A DNA stretch of 64,000 bases, from positions 8,680,001-8,744,000 of the forward strand of contig OZ316776.1 in NCBI GenBank assembly GCA_973851085.1, read 5' to 3'. Position 1 is the stretch's first letter. Each line of letters opens with the position of its first letter. The notes beneath the pieces were generated by a model. The model had not been told where the DNA came from. It did not search any database and saw only the letters and a program-made list of their open reading frames with translations. Below are positions 24,778 through 35,939 of this stretch, piece by piece. Source of the DNA: Ptychomitrium polyphyllum (taxonomy: Eukaryota). The position numbers were made by a program, and so were the translations under genes.

Positions 24778-27105
24778 TCACTCGATAAGCAATTCCTCCA
24801 GTTCTTTTGCACTCACATTCAGCGGGGCCACTTCGCTTGAGACCCGTTTCTCAATTCTCAAGCTCACTTCCTGCAATACACCAAGCAAGCAAGGAAGACA
24901 AGAGTCGTCACTGCAATGATGTTTATGTTTCCAAGGTATGATAATTGAACGCAACGAAGTCCCCCATGAAGCCCACACAGTACTTGAAGTGCAGTTTATG
25001 TCAGAATAAATTGTGAGTTACCTTCAGATCTCCGGAGCTTCCGATCTCGCATTTCGTGACGATCATCTTATCAGGTTGCACAAGCCAGCCGGTTTCAATT
25101 GTAGTTCCCCCAGACTCGGTCTTCAATAATAGAGTCCACATATCTTTGGGAAGCCAGCCGTACAGGAATGTATTGGTCAAGGTCCTCTCGACAATTTCCG
25201 TGCGAGAGTAAGTGAGTCCGCTACTTGTGAACCCCTGAAATGGACAACTCCTGCTCTCAATAAACAATTGACAATAATGTCATCAAAATCAAACGTAGGA
25301 TAAACAGAAGCCCCATATGACACAAGATACATTAGGTACAAGACTTAGGATTCAATCGTTCAAACCTCCTGGAAATTGCAGATTCAACACTTCAATCACC
25401 TTGCAACGACAACGCAAACAAAAGCATCACGACATTAACTTTGAATGAGTCGTGTTGCAATTTTTGGGTTTAGGGTTTAACCTGCTCAGGTTGAAAGTCT
25501 TTAAGGGTGTAAATATTTGAATTCCATTTTCCTAACATAGCTTTAGCCTTCAATTTGGTTTCTATGGCGAAAGCTGCGGTTGCAGCTGCACAACCACCGA
25601 GCGGCTCGCCATTGCAGAATGGACCTCCCCAAGCTTCACGAAAGATGAGGATGCGTCTACGAGCTCCCAGCTTTTGGAAGACTCGTACACGGGTCTTCTC
25701 ACGCTGAAGGCATTGCTCTACTTCGAATTCATCACCCTCTCTCGTCACTTCTTTGCATGGGCCGGAGCCTTGCGTGTCCTTTATGACGCGGCTCCCACGC
25801 CATACACTTGTGTACGAACCACTACTGTGGTACGCAAGTGCTGAAGCATTTTGGGGGGCATCGCAGATCTCGACGCTGAAGACAGTGGCAGCGTCAGCCT
25901 CACAGCCTACCGTTGGGTGCAATCTAATGACCTTGTACCACAAATGGCCTTTCTCGGGATGGGCAAGGGTCGGACATTGGGTCTGCCAATCGTGAACCTT
26001 GCGTTCCCACTTGCGAAACGCATCAGGTATCACATTTTCTGGTAGCTCAAGGGGCTCGCCAAACATGTTAAATTCTACGTTGTATCCATTCCATTCTCCA
26101 CTCACCTGAGCAGAGAATTCTTCCCACTTAGCAGGTCCTGCAGACATTTCAATGTATCATCAATCAAAACTCTGTTTCGTCCAGCACATGATTGGTGCTA
26201 CTTTTCTCCTCGAAGAAGACATAAAAAGAGAGCAGTGCGGAGTCCAAGTGTGTCACAGGCCGAATGTTACAGGCCTCTCTCACTAAATCACATCCACAAA
26301 CGGCCATGAACGACAAGCTAAATAACTCGTTTCCAACTTCTCTTATCCAATTCTCACAGGAGTTTGAAGTTTTACGAAGGCTCTCAGAAGAACAACGGAC
26401 GCGAGAGAATGCTCGCTGCATACTCTAAAGCTTCCGGCGTAGGGTAAGCTTACGGAATCACGAGTCAGATGACCACGGAGATCAAGTTAGCTTGAAATCA
26501 GAGTTTAATAGGATCGATGAAGTCAAATGACACTTCATATCCACCTGAAACCCCAGGTATTTACAGAGGAAACATGCAAATACTTCAAAAACAAACCGAA
26601 TCAAGAGGTTAACACTTGAAGATCACTTCTCCCAAAACAGTCCTTCTGCAACGTTACTCACAAGGAATAATCAAATGTGCCTCATTCTTGCTAATACTCT
26701 TCTGCTCATATTGCAACCCGAGCTCCAGGGCTACAAAAACAAGAAAACCAAGATCCTCGTCGCGATATGGGAAAATCCAGTCTCAGTACATCCCAAACCC
26801 AACAGAGAAGGAAGTGAGAGAAACAGAGACCCACCTGCTGCAGCAGAAGGGGTAGTTGAACTAGGTGTCCACAAATCAAACTTGGTGGCGCGTTTCTTCC
26901 CCTTCGCTGCATGCACCAGCACGAGCCTTCTCTCTGAGCTGATACCTGCTCTGTCATCCCTCTCGCAGCTCATTCCGACGTTTCCAGGAGCAGGCAATGG
27001 ATTAGCGCATGAAGGTCTGGGAATGCTAATCCTGGAGGAGCCATCTCTCGGGACGCATGCGGGCGAAGTTGCGAACTGGGAGCTGCACAAGGATATCATC
27101 GACAT
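24778..27105 (-). CDS. Uncharacterised plastid-targeted protein similar to Arabidopsis At4g38225. Exons 27105-26835, 26137-25482, 25234-25022, 24870-24778
   Basis: Ser-rich transit-peptide-like exon 1; WEEFSAQVSGEWNGY..GEPLELPENVIPDAFRKWERKVHDWQTQCPTLA..LHPTVGCEADAA and ETGWLV motifs; splice phases consistent (exon 3 acceptor is the least certain). Confidence 0.85.
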
Positions 27106-27945
27106 GGTTGCAAAGATTGCTTTGAAACTAGAAATTCAATCCGGGAGATGCCGGAGAAAGTTCCAACAGCAGAACAGCGACAACAACAAGAGGATTCGTC
27201 CGAGGTAGGCCTCCAATGTTGGACCTAAAAGTATTATTTTCGCAGATTTCAAAGACTCGAATGTAGGTCTCTGGTTGAAAGTGTTAGCTTAAGGTAAAGT
27301 AACAGTTATAGGTATCCATCAATACTACACGAAATTGCAACTTGGGCTGGAGATTGCTTTGCTGTGCACATCGTCGACATACATCGATAATTTTTATGTT
27401 CTCCCGCATTTGTACTCCAGAAACTGATACTTTCAATCTGTTGCAAAGAGCTCTAGCTGTTAGATCTTCTTTGATGTTAAACACCATGTTTGTAGAAACC
27501 CAGTGGTTATTTTGGGATTTTGTTTTTGAGATTGCCTGCATGTGATATGAAATTGCAATAGGATCTCAAATCGCTATATGGTCGGTGAGTAATAAGTTAG
27601 CTTCAGTAAGACATGCTTCATAAGCTTTAAACCCTAAAATCTGAACAGCTCAATTTTGAGACTCAGAATTCGGAACGTGCTTGATGTGGATCTCTTCTTC
27701 ATACTTGTCAACTTTATCACCTTCAAGGACTGTGGATGTCGTCAGTTTCAAGAATTGATCTAGAAGGGGAGTCTCAGATGGATGGCATTAAGCTCTTGGT
27801 TCTCTTCTGGTATTCTGAACTGCAAACGTAACATTCTTAGTGCGGAGACTTTGCCGATGCTTGACTCTGTTCGCACTTCCAAATCATTCTTAGGTGCGGG
27901 ATTTTAAAGATTTCGGAGAGGGTAAAGCCATTGGGGATTGTGGAA

Positions 27946-29200
27946 ATGGAGGAATTTACGAAAGAAGATGCAATTATTCTTGCCGATGTGATTGTCGGAA
28001 AGAAGCCAAAACTGCAGGACGCTTATACCTTACGGGATAAGCTCAATGATCTGATACAGTAGCTGCTTCCCGCCGAGGTTCTTCCAACGGAACCACGGTC
28101 GACATTGAAAGGAAACGAATGAGTAGAGATGCAGTAGCTGGAGAAGGTGCTATATGTGAACATTCATGTGCACATCACGGCGCCGTGCTCAACCCCAAAA
28201 TTTGGAGCACTTTGCCTAAGGAGCTCTTGCAACTTGTTTTTGCCCGCCTGCCGCTTTATGAACTCTTTCCCTTAGTTTTCTGTCCGAAGCGTGTAAGTAG
28301 AGTATCTTTGGTCGGGTAGCTACAGAAGCTCAAGGGAAACTGTTTGCACTCGTTTCCATTAAAGCTGGAGAATTAATTTCCATGCACTTGTACGACATCA
28401 AGTAAAAAAGATGGCAGAAGCTTCAACTCTCGTCGCCTAACCGAGTGCCTCATTAGGCGATTTCCAGTGACGGAGGTCTGGTGTGCATCATTGCAAGACA
28501 GGTCAATGCTCCCATCATGGTGTGCAATTTGGTTACTAGAGCTTGGAGGGAGCTTCCAAGACATTCCTTGAGCATGATGCTGCCGAACATGGTGGAACTG
28601 GTGATGAACCGCTGTACAAAACCGTCAATCTGATAGTGGTGGCCCGTGGTAAAGACAGAGTTGACCATGCGATGAATTATGAATCTGCCAAAGGATTGTG
28701 GAGTTACACAAACCTGTTTTCAGATCTGATATATGAAAATTTACATTTCTGGACCAACAGCTGTGATGACGAAGAACTCTGATTGCAGGAATTGACGATC
28801 CTTGCGCACACAATTGCAGACGAGGTGAGTTGTTTCATCTGGGCGACGATGAAGGAGATGTCATCAGTGAAACACTTGTGAGAGACCACTTGTTTGTGTT
28901 GTATGAGGAGGAATTTGGCCAACTCTGGATTTCGAAGTCCCAAGCCTGTAAGAAGCGTGAACGCAAATGGGTTCGACTGAGGCTTAGTAGATGCTTCGGT
29001 GGTAATTTTACATTGTACTCAAATTACCACACGCAGCTCTTGGCGTGTGAAAGAAAATTGTTAGTACCCACAACCAATGGTTTGATGGTTGCTTTCAGGC
29101 ATGAACTTGTGTGTATACGACTTAATACATCTGAGTAGCAAGGACCTGTTGCTCCGCCCGAACGTTGGTTCAACATGTTCAACGACGATGAAATGACGTG
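27946..29200 (+). pseudogene. F-box protein pseudogene
   Basis: F-box LNPKIWSTLPKELLQLVFARLP (~28188-28253); downstream DGGLVCII and PIMVCNLVTRAWRELP lie in another frame; premature TAG at ~28060 and several frameshifts. Confidence 0.85.
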
Positions 29201-30009
29201 AGCTCTAATAGGACTCTGTTCCATGAAGCATACTAAGGCGACTAGGGCGAAAGTTGATGTTTTGATGCATACGCAAGGTGATTAAGGCGAAAGTCTGCAC
29301 TTAGACTGTATATCATGACTAACACTTCCAATTGTGTGCAACTTGCGTCTTGATATTCAGTGAGATATATTCACAAGCATCCGTGTTTCTCCATCTTTTC
29401 GAAAGAACCAGGACTACTGCCAGTTTGATTGCCATAACTAAACTGCAAAAACACCGGCTCAGTGTGCTAAATTCTTCTACACTCAATCCCTTGAAGTCTG
29501 ATAAATTGATAACCCAAGTGCTTGATCTGTACTACATCACCATCCTCATTATCTACACATCCACTTCAATGTAAAGAATACTCGGATTCCAGTGCCGTGA
29601 AAAATTGACAATGCAATCCTAAAAAAAGACTTGTGTAGAATCAGCACAGAAACCAGCATAAACCTCCTTTCTGCCAGAATTTGCAACTCCACAAGTTAAC
29701 GACTTTCAACTTGTTACTCGCACAGTCCAAATAAATGAGCAACATAGACTCTTCGAGTAAAAGAACTGGTATTGCCATCAAGTCTCATGCAGGGCATTAA
29801 CGGTAAATACCAAAAGATAATATTCCAATCAAGTCATCTGACAATGCGAAAAACTGAATGAATTTCACTCAACGAAAACAAGGAATCATTGAAACAAAGC
29901 AATACCTCTCGTACAGATCGTAGATGCAATTTCAGTAACAATGGAAAAACCAGTACGAACGAATGCCTTTTTCATATTATAAGCTCTTAAAAGGTGGCGG
30001 TCCATTAAC

Positions 30010-30982
30010 CTATTCCTCTTCCTCTACGACCTTTGTTCCCAAATTCCTGAAACCTTCAGCGGGCACCTCAGCAACCGAAACGTAAGAGTAGAACTCGTCC
30101 TTGGCATCCTCGTCGTCATTACGCTTCCTGGCGATGCGGACTCGGACTCTGGTGGGGACATTGCGGACACCTCTGCTCCAGATGTGCTTGTTCAGCTTCA
30201 CATCAAGCCGGACATCACCAGTACCCATAGTCTTCTGAGCAAACTTTCTGATCTCCTTTACTGCCTTGGGCGCCATCTTCTTGAAGGTGCTATAGAAAGA
30301 CAATTCATTCCGGTAAGAAGATCAATTTAAAAATATTCACCTCGTTCTGTAGCAATCATAACATCTCGCTAGAATACCCTATCGACCTAACCTCATGAGA
30401 ACAAACGCAATATCACAAGAGTAAATCAGATAGTAGAAAACTGCAAGAGCAGCAGATACACAGACGTTGTACTTCAACCCATTTCCACATAATCCCCACA
30501 TCCACAAAGAACCTCCTCACCAACTGCGCAGAAATGATCTCACAATACAACCCACCAACTACTACTTAACCGCGGTGGCAGCTAAAACGTAAACACCATC
30601 CTATAGCCACAGCGCACACCAATTTCCACTCACCTGACACTCCATTAACACTTAAAACACTATCTACCGCCATAATTTCTCATTTCTAAGACAAACTTTA
30701 ACACAGACCCTGACTAGAGCGTCATCACCATTCAAAAGCTATAGCGCACAGCAATTTCCACTCGTTAAACATGCCATCAACACAAAACTCCGCCATAGTT
30801 TCGCAATGTCGAAGGATAACCCAGATACAAACCCCGAACCCTGAAGGAGGAGGACCTCAAAACCCTGATTCTGAGGGTATGGCGGTGAGAGAGGAGTACC
30901 AGCCATGGAGTCTCTTGTGGAGATTGATGGTGTACTCGCGGGTGACGACCTCGTCCTTGCGGATTTTCGTCTTCTCCACCAT
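30010..30982 (-). CDS. RPL31: 60S ribosomal protein L31 (eL31), 120 aa; exons 30982-30900 and 30289-30010
   Basis: [89 protein letters not shown]; phase-2 GT-AG intron; telo-box-like AACCCTA upstream at 31104-31110. Confidence 0.97.
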
Positions 30983-32087
30983 GGTTGCGAGCTGAGTGCG
31001 AGGCCCAGGGAGACGACGGTGGCGATGGCGATGACGATGGCGGAGTCAAGCGAAAGGGAGCCTGCTTTCAAACCGCTCGCCCCTTGTCCCCTAGCTTTGC
31101 CCTAACCCTAATTCACTCCCTTCGATGAACACACTCGCCTCCACCTACAGTTTCTCATTCACACATTCATTCACGTGCCGGTCATCCCGCCTAACTCCAG
31201 GGGCCACTCGCAGAGCCTGGTTTATCATCCCCGTTCCCACTATCTCTTTTCAGAGGTTCCTCGTAACGACAACGAATTCACACTGACCGCAGAGTGGCGT
31301 GACTTTTTTACGTTTCTGTACGTAGTACAAAAGAAATCTTATTGTCCTAAAGAAACCTTGTTGTCCCAGGAAGTCTATTTATCTCTATCCGTCCCCATTT
31401 GTGAATTTACTTTTTTCTTTATTTTGATAGATTTATACGTACAAAAACTTGCCTTACCTATTACACATCTTTGATGTGTTACCGGCCATACTTTGAAAAA
31501 AATGAATTCCCGTTTTTTAACTAAAGGTGAAGAATACAACCCACAAAAGAGAGCATACAATGGCAGGAACTGAAGAAGATGGATTGTAGATAGACACAAG
31601 AAAAACAAGTAAGCCCCTTTTAGACAACTTTTGTTTCCACATGATCTTCATATCATGATAGCTCTCAAAAACTTGCAATACATCAATGTTTTGTTAATAT
31701 CATTCAAAACTTGCTTAAATTTCTTAGGAGATTCCTCAATTTTGTTGAAGGAGCTAATTTCACACCACCTAACCATACTCCAGATGGTTTGCCAAATGGT
31801 GTGAATTATATGATCATTTGTCCAAGAAGAATTGCTCCAACCTGAATGTTGAGAAAGAAAAACGTCAAAGGATATGTAGCACCATATTTGTTTAAACTGG
31901 TGAAACTGCAGCTTCAACACTAACTTACCATGACAGCGATGCTTCAGCATTGCAATGGTGATTCCTGTGCATATGGGAGGATGATCTAGTGGTGATGCAA
32001 TGCAGTGAGATGCAATGCAGTGAGGTAAGCAAGGTCATTCTCATGGTTTCAGCAACCTGACATGCCTGTAGGACTAAGTAAATGCAA

Positions 32088-32252
32088 CGGTTTGAATCAT
32101 GGAATCTGAAGCATGATTCAATTTCCGTCAAGGATAGAAAGCTTACAGAAACTCGTTAGGGGTGTCGCACGTTTAAGAACTGATTTGAAGCATGGTATAT
32201 AGCTTGGCTGAGAAATGGTTTTGAAGTACATCAGATTCCATGATTCAAACCG
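32088..32252. repeat. Inverted repeat with a perfect 22-bp stem (32088-32109 / 32231-32252); candidate miRNA precursor
   Basis: CGGTTTGAATCATGGAATCTGA is the exact reverse complement of TCAGATTCCATGATTCAAACCG; imperfect pairing continues inward. Confidence 0.8.
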
Positions 32253-35200
32253 CGTCATGTATTGTGGGTTCGTGTTTCAAAACCTTTTCTTCAGTCTAGA
32301 TTCACAGTCTAAACATTTCTAATTTTTACACTTAAATTTTTTGATTTTTCCCACCCACTGATGCATCTGAAACCAAGTAAGTAGATTGTAACTTCTTCCC
32401 TGTGCGTAAGTCAGACAACACAGACTTGACCCGGTGTTGCTAACTCCAGAGCGAGATCACATCACATTTCCAACAGTGGAAACGGTAAGTTGTACACTTG
32501 TAGCCTACTTTCTAATTTGTCCTACCGGGCCTTGGAGGTGAAAATGCTAGAATGATATATTTTGACCTTTCCCAATCTCTAAATAAAAAGGTATCCACCT
32601 CTCTGACCTTGTTATGATTCTTCTACAGAATGTTATTCCGAACGGATCAAATTATTCAGGGGCTTTGCTGTAATACAAACACGCCAGCTTCAAGGTGACC
32701 ATGCAGACTCTTTTAGAAGGCTAAGTACTGGTAAACAGTTTAAGTTATTCGTCATCATATACTAGCCTAATTCTCTGACACATTCATCTGATCACTCGAA
32801 AAAAAATCTAACGGATCAGATACCCAACAACGGGTGCCCAAGTTCTGGTGCACCTTTTTGTTAATCATCTTTAAGTTTCAAGTAAGTGTGGAGATGAAAT
32901 CTCAGATTCCTGGAAACTTTTGTCTCTTGAAACGGTCGAGCAGAATGTGGAGGCCTTCTCCATCAGATTGAATGAAGGCAAGTTCTTGAATCCTCCCAAT
33001 CTGATTTAATATTCCGTTTTGCCTCGAACAGTCTGTGCTGCCTTTGTTGAAGCAGAATCATTTGAACCAGCTGAAGCTTAATTTCTCTTACTGAATCTGC
33101 TCGTGCATCTGTGCAGTAACGAGATCAGTGTACGATGGAATCAACGTGAATGGGCCCAAGCACGCAAATAAGGTTTTGAGGTGTACAGAGCGCAAGGAAC
33201 ACTTTCCATTCAGTTTTGTTCTTCCTAAATTTCTTTGTAGAAACAGTGCAGACACTACTCGTCAGCCGACGATTATGCAAGCGAGATGCACTTCAATGAT
33301 CTGAAGTTCGGCATTATTTTAAGCGTACAATCAATTGAACGGAGTTGGATTTCTTTCAACTATATTTCATTCAGCAGCATTTTATTCCCATCATGAACAT
33401 TAACCTTGATCGACCTTCAATTCTTACTGTAGACTATATTATTTCACACTACATCCTACTAATGACAAAAGTATGTACTGAACAGTAGAACACTCGGTGA
33501 AACTAACCCTGGCCTCGTGCTTAAGATGCCCAATTATTCAGTTATGTTCTTTCACAAATTTATTCCAGCAAAAATCTTTGAAAATGTAGCAGAAGTCACA
33601 TATGATGTTTGCGGTAATCATAACTGTCCAGTACAGTGTATGCCACTTGGGTTAGAAGCAGAGACTGATCAGGTCTGACCACCTTAGCAACGTACTCAGA
33701 TTATTACAGTTATCTTTCGCCCAACCTAATTTCGCCCAGTAGTCTTTGTATCTGGTGGGTCCTTCGATTGTCATAAACTGTAGTTCTTAATGCAAATATT
33801 ACTGGAAATGTGTTATAGCAATGTGTCATTAAAATTTCACATCGTAGAGTCTGACTTCTCATGTGTCATCAAATCATGGTAAGGATTCTCCAGATCCTCG
33901 CTAGGCTTATCAAACTAAGAGAGTACAAATCAATCATCAAGCTTGTCAAGCCAATCTAGAAATTAGATTTTGGAATACTCTTGACACAAATGGGGATGGC
34001 GACTGTTACTGGGGTTTTGCAACTGCAACTTAAGGAACCTTCATTGGTGGTGTAACTCCGAGTCCTTTTGTCATATCCAATTTCTCGTGCGCCTCACCAT
34101 GGGAAGGAGACCAATCAAAAGCATGCAAAGAAATTTTCACTTTCAAACATGCTACAATTGCTCCCCTAATCCACCCTGGCAGGTGCATGGTCTTTGGCTG
34201 CCAACACGAAGAGTTTTTAATCCGCGTGCCTTTCCAGTCATTCCCCACCTGCTACAAAGGAAATAAGGGATGCAAAGCTTCTTCCTCCTTGTCACTAATG
34301 GCCCAAACCAGCTGTCTGCTTACTCTTATACTTTTCACACTTATGGTTCTTCCACCCTACTTGTTACTACAGCACAAGACAGAAGCAAACCTTTGGCGCT
34401 GACCTTCAGACAAGCAACCTCTTCTTTTAACAGAGATCACAAGTATGCTTTGGACAAAAATGTCTGAGCCAAAATATTGATTACAATCTCAGCAACCAAA
34501 ACAATGATTCCTGAAAACTTGATGTAGATCTAGTCCATGACAGAGAGGGAGCTCTATCAAAATTCTAATTGTTGCCTAGTAATTGTAGAGTTTTGGAGTA
34601 TACAATAATTGCAGGTATCCAAATCCATCGTTATTCAATAAAGACACTTCCCGAAATCAGCGCACAATGTTCGTCAGTAACACCTGTGAGGGGCAGCCAT
34701 TTGCAGTACCAACATTCGCAGTACAGTTCGCCCCTTTCTGCCGATTCTGCCCGATCTTCGTCGTTATCATTCACTTAAAGACTCTGCAGATGCTGAATAA
34801 GCCATGGCCACAACAAAGCACGTCTGATTCTTGCTCCGATATCGCTGCAGACGATCCCCTCCTTGCCAGCCTTCCTTTAATCCAGGTGCCACTGATTTGG
34901 TTGAGTAATTCGCTTTCCTCGATTCAGTGGAGCTCAAGGACTGGGATTTAAGGTCACATGCTGAGTTTCAATAGAGCTCAAAGCTCAGCCTTCTCACCAT
35001 AGACAAATTTCTTTCAGAAGGACAAGGAGGTCATATTCGTGAATAGTTATGGGCCGGGCAACCTTGTTGGTCCTTGCGTGAGAATTTCAGAAGTGCTGCG
35101 TTTTAGCTGGGAGATCCTTAGAACTAGGTATATGGAGGAGGCGCAAGTACTCCCGTGGTAGATGTTTGCATTGGTTTTGAGGAATCCCGGTACTGCTTGA

Positions 35201-35939
35201 ACGAAGTTGTGGTTATTTTGAGAAGCAACAAAGGGTGATTGCTGTACTTTTCGGTATGACATCCAGCACGTCTGAATCTTCTTCTGTTACATTTCGGCGA
35301 GGGCAACCATGTTCGGGGCTTGGTCGATGGAGATCCGGCGTGTTACATGACCTGAAAGCTTGAACCTGTGCGCTGTCCTGATTTGTAAAACTGCGCAGAC
35401 TGCATCGTTTATGAATCGCCTTGGAGATCTTGGTCGATTTACGTGATACAGTGACGTCAGGAAGCCTACGAATCGAGGTATCATTCAAACGACCAAGCGG
35501 AGGAATTTCTTGTTTTGTCCATCAGGTACCTTCCTACCACAGGTCTTCGTTTGATCACAATGACGCTCCAGTGTGCGAGTGGAGGCAGTGCCGGCAGGTT
35601 ACAAGTCTGTCTTTACGCATTCCAATGGGTTCATTAATATTAATAGCTCTGTGGTGGAGAGCTTCACTGGGTCGTTGACCTGGTCAGTGCACTGATTACG
35701 GAGAGCTGACGATTTATCAGTGGCAGCTTCACCGGTCGTCACGGTGGATCCACTGTTGAGTAGCGGTAAGCGCGTTATTCACGTAGGTGATCGATGCAGC
35801 TAAGAATAATAATATAGAAAGAAGTGCAGAATTTTCTTGGAGAGCATGAATGAATAAGCTCCAACGACACGTTGATGCGGCCTAGTCTCATGCGTTGGAT
35901 GAAAAGAAAGGTATTTTGGATATAAATTGTTTGCTACTA

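Noticed and set aside
25366..25400. Possible extra mini-exon in the At4g38225-like gene
   Set aside because: Its phase does not fit the flanking exons, which join in frame without it
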